Positions 48,677 to 58,359 of a stretch of DNA of 64,000 nt are shown piece after piece. A program made the position numbers and the translations under genes. Origin of the DNA: Salisapilia sapeloensis CBS 127946. Lineage: Eukaryota > Protista > Oomycota. Every line of letters begins with the position of its first letter. The stretch's first letter is position 1. The DNA lies in the NCBI GenBank assembly GCA_023334545.1, contig JAADVB010000007.1, positions 1 through 64,000 of the forward strand, in the 5' to 3' direction. Below the pieces are notes generated by a model. That model was given only the letters and a program-made list of their open reading frames with translations, searched no databases and was not told the DNA's origin.

Positions 48677-50519
48677 CTACGATCGTCGGTGGGATTTTGG
48701 ATCTTTCAAACGATTCGGAATCTCTTCCCACGCCTTGCCTTTTACACTGAGCAACCGAGTCGCTCGTTCATCCAATTTGCCGCTAGAAACATTTATATGA
48801 GTGATAGAAAAATGTTTATGCAAGTAGAGCAACGTACCCGCATTTAAGTCCACGCATCTGTAGTTCTTGCTTGAGACGATTGAGACCATACGTCTCCAAC
48901 TCCTTCGCAGACGTGACGTTTGACAAGTCGATCGGCTCCACTTTCTCTTCAACAGCTTCATCACTCTTGACTGGTTCTTCTTCTGTCTTACTCTCTTCTG
49001 TCTTCGTTTCTTCTGCCTTTGTCTCTGCAGTTTCCACTACAGGAACAGTAGCATTAGCTGGAAGGACATAGGCATGTGCGACTGCCTGGTATCCTTCTGG
49101 GAGCTGACTTAACTCCTGTCCGCCAATGTTCACAAGCACAATTTCAGTCGGCTCGAGACTAATCGCTGGTATCATCTCTTCCTCTATCTTTAAACCTGTG
49201 AATGCTGCTTCCATCCATTCTCCGTTGAGAGAAAACCGGATCTCGCCACTGTCCGTATCCAAGAGACAACCAACGACATCGCCCTTCTCCCATGCCTTTC
49301 CATAGGATTGCTCTGTACCGTTGTTCCATTTTAGCTGACGACAACCGTCGTACGCCCACGACTGAGCATGATCCCCGACGCCATCTCCATCGTCGGAATT
49401 GGCAGTGAACGAAGCACCTGCCCAACCGATCTGCACGATGCCACTCGTCACGAGCTTGACTTCGTAGTACCACTTGCCTTTTGACAATCTACAGGAAACA
49501 CCAACTGCCGTGCCAAAGTTACTCTTGCCACGTAGCTCACAAAGACTATGCTTAAAGGTAGTTCCCACTTGTCCGCCAAGTGCCGTGAGCCACTCTGCTC
49601 CATCCAACGAAACGTTCGTACTCTTTACCTCTACTTTTCCCTCTGATTCAGTAGTTTGTTTAAGTTTCCGTTGAAGACCTTCCTGAATCGCTGACTGAAT
49701 ATCGTCCGGTACGTCCTGTTCGTAATCCACGTACTTTTGCTTTTGAGCATTTGCTTCCTGCTCCTTCTTTGCTTTCTTCTGTCGCTTGTGTTCGGTCAAC
49801 GCTTCTCCTCTCAGCTCATCTTCGCCATGTGCAAACTCACAAATACGGCCTCGAGGACAACCCCACCACTTGGGCGCATTCGGAGGAGGTACGACGCCAC
49901 CTTCTCTTGCACTCTGCCAATGACGACACAGTTGAGTCTTTCGACGACGCTTGATACGAGACTTTTTGATACTTTCCGTCCAAGACGGTGTGGAGAGGTA
50001 CCACCCAGGAATCCCGCTCGGGGTTTCCTCCTCCGGGATTTCTTGCTCACTCAAATGCTGCTGGCGCTGTTGTTCTCGAATTGGCGCTTCTTCACGCCAC
50101 TTGTGCATAGCAACTTCTTGATTGACGTGGCGAAGTCGACGGCCGTGGAGATCACGACAGGCACCGAAATCAGTCGTGACTTTGGCGCCAGCACCTTTGC
50201 CCTGACTTCGGAGCATACCTCCAAAGCCACCTTTGCCTCCGCACAGACCTTGTGTAAGTCTCGCTTGAAGCATAATCGGCTCCTTTGAAGCACATGAACC
50301 AATATCATCGACAAGAGGTCGTCCATTGCGAAGAATATCAAGACGGGAGCTGGGAATGTGCTCGCGTTTCGAGATCTCTTCTTTTACGAGCGATAATGGC
50401 GACTCAGTGCCACGAGGGACACTGATTACCATCATATTATTAAACTGAACAAGGAACTCTTGCATCTCACCATCTACGACGGAAGGGAAAGCATCGGTGT
50501 GAGCACAGGATGGCGACAT
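48677..50519 (-). CDS. SDE2: SDE2 homologue with inserted CCCH zinc finger and SPRY domain (2 exons)
   Basis: Ubiquitin-like N-terminus ending LCGG|KGGFGGMLR, CRDLHGRRLRHVN, CCCH finger, SPRY (GKWYYEV...GDVVGCLLD...FSLNG), and C-terminal LETYGLNRLKQELQMRGLKCG|GKLDERATRL. Confidence 0.85.
48972..49030 (-). repeat. Imperfect 15-bp coding tandem repeat (AETKA/EETKT/EESKT)
   Basis: + strand ttcttcttctgtcttactctcttctgtcttcgtttcttctgcctttgtctctgc, inside the SDE2 linker. Confidence 0.6.
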
Positions 50520-50654
50520 GATAGCTGCTCGGACCATCCGTTCTTAGTATTCGTATCGGAGAAATTCTACGCATTTGACTGTACATAGATATGCGAGAAA
50601 AACCACTACTTTAAAAAATAACTTCGAAATTGATTTGCGTTTGATAAATTTGTC

Positions 50655-51860
50655 TTAAGCCTTGACACATTCGATCAGACCAGCGTTGCCATAGTTGCCA
50701 TTCCAACTATTGATATAGATGTTGCTGATCTTGAAGCCAGTGCTTTCGAGTAGCGTTTTCCATTGAGCCTCCGTGCGTTCCTTTGAGGCTAAGAAAGCGA
50801 GCATCACCATGTCCAGCATGGTCGATCCTTCCGATACATTTGTCTCTGGCAAAATGGATTCATTCACGAGTAGGATGGAGTCGTCGCCCATGGCTTCATA
50901 TGTGTTTTGCAGGATTTTGACAGCCTGCATGTCCGGCCAGTCGTGGAGGACGTTGCACATGTAGTAGCACTTTGCTCCTTTGACCGGGTTTGGCTGGAAC
51001 AAGTCAAATACTTGTGCGTCGATGCCGCTTGGTAGTGGTGTCTTAATGTCATTGATCACCACTTCCAAGTCTTGGAGTACCATTTTTCCAGGCAATTCAG
51101 GATGCTTCTTCTTGAAAGACGAGATGTGGCTACCGACACCACCCGCGATATCTACGAAGACAACCTCATCCGACTGCACTTGTAGCTTCTCTTCCACAGG
51201 ATAAATCTCATGCCATTCTTGACTCGGAGTAGACTTTCCGGTCGCCAACGCCAGGTTGAACGCGTGTTGCTTTTCAGTAGCAGTTGCGAGGTACTCGAAG
51301 AAGTGCTTGTCCGTGTTGAGACCAAGCTGAGCGGGACTGTCCCAACCGTCTACGGGCTCTTTGTAGTGATGCTGCTCAAAGTACTCTCGCAAGTGACTAG
51401 TAACTTGAGCAAGGTCTTCATAATGGAGGAACTGCGCCTCTGCGACGGAACCTGAGGTGCAGACGAGAGCTAGCGGTAACGGCTTGTACATTTCCTTGCC
51501 AACTTCCTTGACAAAGCTTCGGCAGATGAGGGCGCGCAGGATACGAACAAGCAGATTCTTATCTCCTCTCGTATGCTTGTTCAGCTCATCAGCAGTTTTG
51601 ACACTTCCATCGTTCATTGCGAGCGCATCGAAGAGACCCATACCAATCGCAACGTAGACGGCACCGAGGAATGGAGAAGAAGTGGCCATTTTAAATGCAG
51701 TAAGGCTTGGTGGCTCAATTTGAAGTCGCAGCATATCGAGCTTTTCACTGAGCTCTGCACGCTGGGCATCTTCAAGTTCGTGCGTCAGTACAGGATCAGC
51801 GATCAGATCATCGAAAGCTTTGTTCAAGGCTTCGACTTTCGGATTGATAAACTTTGGCAT
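50655..51860 (-). CDS. SAM-dependent O-methyltransferase (Methyltransf_2), fungal secondary-metabolite type
   Basis: Intronless, 401 aa. Winged-helix dimerisation N-terminus, VFVDIAGGVG, GKMVLQDL, DLFQPNPVKGAKCYYMCNVLHDWPD, and KERTEAQWKTLLESTGF. Confidence 0.92.
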   Translation of the reverse strand: MPKFINPKVEALNKAFDDLIADPVLTHELEDAQRAELSEKLDMLRLQIEPPSLTAFKMATSSPFLGAVYVAIGMGLFDALAMNDGSVKTADELNKHTRGDKNLLVRILRALICRSFVKEVGKEMYKPLPLALVCTSGSVAEAQFLHYEDLAQVTSHLREYFEQHHYKEPVDGWDSPAQLGLNTDKHFFEYLATATEKQHAFNLALATGKSTPSQEWHEIYPVEEKLQVQSDEVVFVDIAGGVGSHISSFKKKHPELPGKMVLQDLEVVINDIKTPLPSGIDAQVFDLFQPNPVKGAKCYYMCNVLHDWPDMQAVKILQNTYEAMGDDSILLVNESILPETNVSEGSTMLDMVMLAFLASKERTEAQWKTLLESTGFKISNIYINSWNGNYGNAGLIECVKA

Positions 51861-51906
51861 GGTCGAATTATGTTTTTTGGGATGCTTGGAGTGTGGTGCT
51901 CGAGGC

Positions 51907-51920
51907 GAATTGAGAAATGA
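51907..51920 (-). promoter_or_regulatory. Oomycete-type INR+FPR core promoter element upstream of the O-methyltransferase
   Basis: Minus strand TCATTTCTCAATTC, 47-60 nt upstream of ATG 51860. Confidence 0.55.
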
Positions 51921-54781
51921 AAAATGAAAGCTAGATTAGATTGGGCCGAAGTTTCGCTATCTCCCAACTTCAATGACTCGCTTTCGGCAATGTCTTACCA
52001 TTCAGATACTTTAAAGATCGGACTAATGAATAGAAGTTCTGCATCATCTAGATTCACCATGCCTCATCTTGCACAATGTCCTACCGATCGGATATCGTGA
52101 TGTTCGGTCTATGCAATAGATAACATGACGTACGGATCAGGTGATACGGAATGTACCGTTTGCTTTGTGTTCACCTGTTCAACTTGCTCTTCGTCTATGT
52201 ATCTACCAAGTGCCCATGCGTACATTAATGGCCATGCTCTCAACTTTAGTCCCTTTCATGTTCGGATCAGTACCAAGATTATAAATGATCACCTATACAG
52301 GTCTTCGTCTATGTAGCGTGGTCTGCTGCTCCGTACATTTAATAAAAATACAAAACATTGCATGAAGAGTCTATGTGCCTCTACGCAGTCCACAAGGGAT
52401 AATAACACTTCTGCAATTGCCTTAAAGTTTGGTGCAAATCATGAAGATAGCGGCAAGAACGGTAAGAAGGATCTATCTCATGCTTTTAAACACACCAAAA
52501 TAGTAACTCAAGGAAACTGGTTGATAGAGACAAATCAATGATTACTTTTGCGTTCGGAATACCGTCGAAAGCATCTCATTTGGATTCCTCTTCTTTATCA
52601 GTTCTAACCGCAACTCAAAAGCCAAAGATGACGCCATCGAATAGCTACCAGGCAATCGATGCATCTCCGAAGGATCTCATCTGCAGCTTCAACACTTCTA
52701 TCTAAAGTGAAGCTCACAAGGATGTCATTATGAGTTGAAGTAGAATAAACAGAGTATACAGAGTATAACTTGCTTGGAGAGTGGACTTTAAAACAGAAAC
52801 ATAGATCGTCAGGTATACTGGCGAAAGGAAGCGTGTAGCAAGTTGACGTTGAAGAAAGGCTAATGTTCGACAGGACACAAGATCGTTAAACTCTTTTCGG
52901 TGGTCATTGCTTTTATGAGCTTTGATTTTCTTCACACTCTCAAGCAAGCTTAATGTCGGACGTGAGCTATAATCTCCTTTTTCATTTCGTGGTTACAATG
53001 CGCATTTCCTGTCTATTCGCTCGAGCGTGTATCGCCAAATCTGATCCCAGACTTGACAACCTTGATGACGAAAGCATAGTTGCGGTCTTCAACTTTTTGA
53101 CTTGATTAGTTAAGCCGATGGTAGCCCAGTAATCGCTTGATCCCACAGTGCTCTTTCTCGACGGCCAATCCTCATCTGCTTCAATGCAACATTGCGTCGC
53201 AATTGCTGCGAGCGTCAGAACATGGGCCTGTCTTCAATTACATCTTTTGGTAGTATATAGTTATGAAAATTAATATCGAAAATATGAGGATGCTTTTTTA
53301 ATGGAGAGAATCAGTGCTTGAACATCAAGCAAAGAATTATCATGTTATGAGTCTGCGACTATCATCGCCTGCCTTCGTATCGTCATTTCCAAAAAAAATT
53401 ACCGACTACCTGCTATTCTAAGCGAAAATGAAAGAACACTAGCATTCGTACTTGTCTCCCATATGTGCCCAACAATATATGGATGTGGTTGGCTACGTGC
53501 TTCTGCAACACTAGTGCTACTGATTTTTACTCCCACATGATTTCCAAGCAGTGTTTAAGGCACCCTCTTCTTCACATCTCCAATCGTCCCGCGTCAGCGC
53601 TCGCACATCTTCTCCTGTCCATTTCGCTCGTCGAACCTTCAATTGCTAGCGGTCTTCTAATGCTGACTCCTTCAGGTTGATTTGCGAGTTTTGTTAAGTG
53701 CAATGCATTTCAGTTATACTTCGAGCACCCTCCGGTTAAAGGGCAAACGCTGGTGAAGAGGTGACCTCCAGGAAGACACGGTCTCTCCGGAGGTCTTGAA
53801 CGATAAGCTACGGTGGAGACTTGTGGGCGCGACCGGAAATCGGAAAAGTAGCAGTTCTGTACAAGGCTCGAAAAGAAGGGTAGATGTGAGTTTAGACTGG
53901 AAAGATAGCCGAAAGGTCCGAGAGGACTACGATAAATAAACGTAAATAGAAAAGATAGGATAATGAATAACCAAGAGATACAATGCTCAACACGAAAAGT
54001 CTTTAGACTGCAGTCGTGTTCCTTTTCTATCCATCATCCTTCAAAATATATCGTGAATCCGATAAGATTTTCTTCTGCCGTTCCGAGAACTGCTCAGCAA
54101 AGTCCTCCTCGTTTCGCATTTTTCGTAAATACATTTTTGGCAGCCTATAATTTCCATTTTAGAGGTCTATCGATTCGAGTGGCGATTCAATGAACTGCCA
54201 TAGGAGAGTTTGAGTAGAATGAACAATAACTTTTAGACATATAAAAGTTGGAAACTCTCTGCTTCAATTTCGCTATAGCAATTTATAACATATAAACATA
54301 TGTAGCTGAATATGCTAGACTTCCATGAGACTTTTGTGAAGCACGTGTCTCTCGTACTACGTACAAGAGCTGACTGAACTGCATGCACTTCCGTCAACGA
54401 TCGGATGCATCGATGCATCGATTTTAGGTTATTGGTTGCGCAAGTAGTGCGATCGGAAAGTCAAAAGATCAGCAGTGGAGATATAAACTTCTACAACGGT
54501 TTTGGTAACTTCGCTACGCATCATTCCTTATGCTGCTTACGGTTAGGCAATGCATATTTCTTACTTATAAGAACGTATTATTTTCTTAAATGTAGGCGCA
54601 AGTTTTCGTAATGGTCAGCATCATAAATTTTCAGTTGGAGCACTAGGAAGAAGTCTGACTGCGAGCTTTTCAAACGGACAAAAGTCTTGCGTTGAACTTA
54701 ATGGACATCGGATATTAAGCTGCCGTAGATCGGTAGAAATTATATCAAACGTCAGCTTAGGCCTTTAATCCCGAAAGCTTA

Positions 54782-55066
54782 TTATGATTGGTTTTGTCGC
54801 TGTATCTGACGTCTCCGCTCTAGCGGAGACTGAGCTATCTCTTTAATCGTTTGGAAACCTCCGGTTCGAACACGTACATTTTCGCAACGTCGGAGCACTA
54901 CGGTTGGTTTCTCTTCCTTTTCGAGTGAAGCAGAATCTTGAATATTGTTAATGTCCATCCTTTCTGTCGATTGGTTTGATTTGTGTCGCGACGACAAAGA
55001 TTTTGAATTCCGTCGATCTTTGGCTAGCCTAGCGGGTCTGTCTGGGATGTAAGGCAAGGGATCCAT
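54782..55066 (-). CDS. Isolated 94-aa ATG-started ORF, possible orphan gene
   Basis: The longest ORF in the track within the gene-poor tract; charged, low-complexity sequence with no motif. Confidence 0.2.
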   Translation of the reverse strand: MDPLPYIPDRPARLAKDRRNSKSLSSRHKSNQSTERMDINNIQDSASLEKEEKPTVVLRRCENVRVRTGGFQTIKEIAQSPLERRRQIQRQNQS

Positions 55067-55921
55067 CCTACTTTGACGATAAAGGGTAGACTGACAGCGA
55101 TTCGTGCAAGCTATTTTTACTTTTCATTTGATAAACTATTTGATCGCTTGTAAGTTCAAATTATAGTAACTACTGCATATTACTTTTTGTACGCATACTC
55201 AACTACATATCCCTTTGCGGTTTCAGTCGATTAAGATGTCGTTGATACATAAAAGTGAAAGCCTTCTGTGGTTTAGCTTACGTGTCCTGCTAAATTTTGC
55301 GATACGCGAAAACTTTACTGATTTTTCCTGATTGTCGCGAAGTAGACACATAACAGCTCACCGACTGCTTTGCCCCAAAGTCATCGATTAAATGACGATA
55401 ATGTTACTAAAGACTGGGCTTGCTTGTTTCCGAGCGATATATATTGAGCATTTACAAGGACAAGATGATGGCTCACCATTTCATAGCAAGACTAACATGA
55501 ACAACATGATCGTTTTGAAAGGCATCACTGGGTTACCATAGTAGCTCTTAAGCATCCTCATCCACCTTCCCGCGACCATGGATGTTCTTGATGAACTCTA
55601 GCGCTGCTTCGATGTATGAAAGTTTAGTAGTCTACTTTCAAAGCAGTCAAAATACAGACCACTACCTCTGCTTCAGGCAATACACCACCATATTCTCTTT
55701 CCTTTGGAAATAGTAGTACGAAAAGGATAAATTATCCTATCGACTTCTATACACTCTTTATGTCTAGATTGAACCTATTATCATGTAGCATGGTCACCAA
55801 CAAGTAGACGTAAAACGTTAAATATGTCATCTATTTCTCGTTTCTTGTAATTACAAGCTGCACATTTTGTACGAACGCACTTCCATCTCTTCCACTTGCC
55901 ACTATGATTCACACTTGTCCT

Positions 55922-57599
55922 CTACGCCGCTGCAACTTGTGGCTGGACGACGTTCGATCCAAATTGTCGACGACGAAAGAGTAGCCGAAGTTGATTCAAT
56001 CGAAACATGCGTGCTAAAATACACGTCGAGAACCAGATCGTAATGACAATACAAACAGACGCTTCCGAACTAAAGAATGCAAACAACGACTTCTTGGCAT
56101 GCAATGGCGCAGTCAGCTGTCCAAAGACGCTAACAATGTACCTACGCTCGACTTAGTAAGATACTTTATACAAATAGCAAACAGACGTACAGCTTATGAG
56201 TCGCATGATAGACGACACTGGACCAAATGATGTAGGATGACGTGCCTTGGATCCAGCACATGATGATGCGAGAGCCAATGAATAGAAGCGTAAAGGCAGC
56301 GAGAACGTACAAGATACTAAAGTCTTTCGTCTCAACAACAGCATAGCCAGATCCTTCCGGTACGAGCTCCCATGCATCGACAAGGATCATTGGCCAATGG
56401 TACACTGCCCAAACCAGCCCCGTCACAGCCGACGCAAGTACCGGGCTATGACTAAAGACGATTTCTAACGCTATTTCCATTGATTAGAGATACCACTCGC
56501 GACAGTATTTTGATATAGGTACCTGGGAATAACGATCCGCTCCATCCAATTTCTTGGATAAATCCATAAAGAAACCAACTGCAGCCTATAATCTTCCTTC
56601 AATACAACTTTAAACGTTGCTCTACTGCACATGTGCGTACCTATTGCACGTTGACCAATGGCAGTTCCGAGGTCGTAGCGAGGAGGTGGGAGTGGATCCC
56701 AAAAGATACCTACGAGTGCTGTGTAAAAGACGTAGAAGACGAGACCAGAGTCCAGAGCATCTACGTTGTTGTAGCTAAATGTCATCTCTAGTTCACGCAC
56801 AAACGGCCTGTTGAACTGCATACGCGACGTTAAGTCTACAGTAGATACAATGACAAGCAAGAGGACATACTGGATTGACCATGTGCGTTGCAGCTGTGAA
56901 GGAGAAGGCAGCTACTTCACACAGAGTTGGAATCGCGTAGCTGAGTAAGAATAGACGCAACATGGTGTGCATTGAGTAGCAGCGGAAGAGATGATGAAAG
57001 GGAGGGATGTTCCACTGCGGAGGCGTGTGACAAGCAGTCAGCCTCTTATTCGCAACTACATGCATGTATATAATTAAAAGCACAACTAGAAACACATCTC
57101 AAGGTAACGTACTGCGTCGAAGCGCGACGGCACTAATACAGGGCCCAAACATCCACAGCGCTCGAAAACAAGCGACGGTGATAGACCTCGTGGGTATGCC
57201 CCACTGCTTACAGAAGACCAATCCAGTGATCGCCAATATCGTCGTCGAGAACAGTACCACCAAGTACGCAGTGACAGCATCTCTGTAGGCCCACATGACG
57301 TCCGTGGAAAACATGCCATGGAAAAAGTAATTGGAAAACCCGTCGCCATTACGCTGATGATGATACTGATGTGCAGGTTGGACGAGTGGATAGTACTCTT
57401 CCCAGATATTCTCCTTATCTGATGAAATCGCACTCCCATGAGATTGTTCCGCAGCAGATCCAGTCGGAAGTGAAGCATCGGCATGTACGTCAGATGTAGA
57501 GTAAAAGGAGCTATTATGCGCGTGTGCAGGCATATGATACGAGCTCAGTATCGTGCCGTAGGTACTTGATTGCGCTGCTTCTTGCGTGTGGCGCCCCAT
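55922..57599 (-). CDS. CPBP (type II CAAX protease/Rce1/Abi) family membrane protein with degenerate motif 1, multi-exon
   Basis: Spliced WFLYGFIQEIGWSGSLFP|ALEIVF...GLVWAVYHWP...SSVVYHATH, with multiple TM helices and a long hydrophilic N-terminus. Confidence 0.75.
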
Positions 57600-57744
57600 C
57601 GTCTCCTGCTTCTACTTCTGCTTGGTGTCGGATGCGGAAAGTTTATTAATGAAGAAAGTAGCTCATGGAGATACGAGTGTTCGGATATTTAGATGCATTC
57701 GACTAAATTTTGTAGATGTGGTAGGAGGTAGTTTAATGGAACAT

Positions 57745-58284
57745 CTAGGACAGCTCTTCGAGGCGCGTAGCAATGCTTCGGGCGGTTCCACCCGCCTTTT
57801 GCACATAGAAAGTGGCATCATACTCTTATCTACTTGTTTCGTGTCGATTACAAGTGTAAGCAATGTACTGCTGATTTCGGTGCTTTCCCTCAGACGATCA
57901 ACGGTCAACGTCTTGTCTGTACAAGATGTGCAGGGGATGCATGACGCTGTCGAGGTGGATCCAACCGCAGCCAGCAAATGGATCTTGGGCGATGCTCATT
58001 CGTGTGACGGCGGTCGTGTCATTATAATTGAAGTTGCGTTGAAGTAGTCGAGTACGTGCTGAAGAGCACTCGGTTCCTTCAAGTGCCTCGAGTAGGAACA
58101 GAGCCTTGTCTATCTCTGAAAGGTAGAGCTAGGAAACGAGTATAACTAGATGTTGGCTTGTAGTAGACGTGTCTACTATGTTTGCTACGATACAAGTAGC
58201 TACGTGACGGATCGAATGAAATCTAGGAAAGGTATGTGTGCAATTGATCACTCGTTCCGGACAGCCAATGTATCGAGTGGCCAT
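57745..58284 (-). CDS. Hypothetical small multi-exon protein
   Basis: Hand translation gives MATRYIGCPE..., IDKALFLLEALEG...SIAQDPFAGCGWIHLDSVMHPLHILY and ...YDATFYVQKAGG...LEELS*. The + strand ORF 57586-58047 is mostly its antisense shadow. Confidence 0.3.
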
Positions 58285-58359
58285 GTTCACAACACTTTGT
58301 CCTCTCCTGGTATCTTACCAACACCATTCCATCGCAACTTCCTAACTGGAGACTACGTC

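Noticed and set aside
53905-53930. Overlapping GNRA hairpins (gcc-gaaa-ggt and gtcc-gaga-ggac), recalling hammerhead stem II
   Set aside because: The flanking CTGATGA and GAAA catalytic core is absent and no group I/II intron elements were found. An Infernal/Rfam scan would be needed to revive it.
54405-54422. 14-bp palindromes within atgcatcgatgcatcgat
   Set aside because: A by-product of a short self-complementary tandem 8-mer, with no associated element ends or target-site duplication.
57745-57960. In-frame TGA and TAA in the minus-strand hypothetical gene, suggesting readthrough or selenocysteine
   Set aside because: Both stops fit inside one plausible GT-AG intron, and all long ORFs in the window use the standard code.
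57586-58047. 153-aa + strand ORF
   Set aside because: Begins at a non-ATG codon and reads as the antisense of a more protein-like minus-strand frame.
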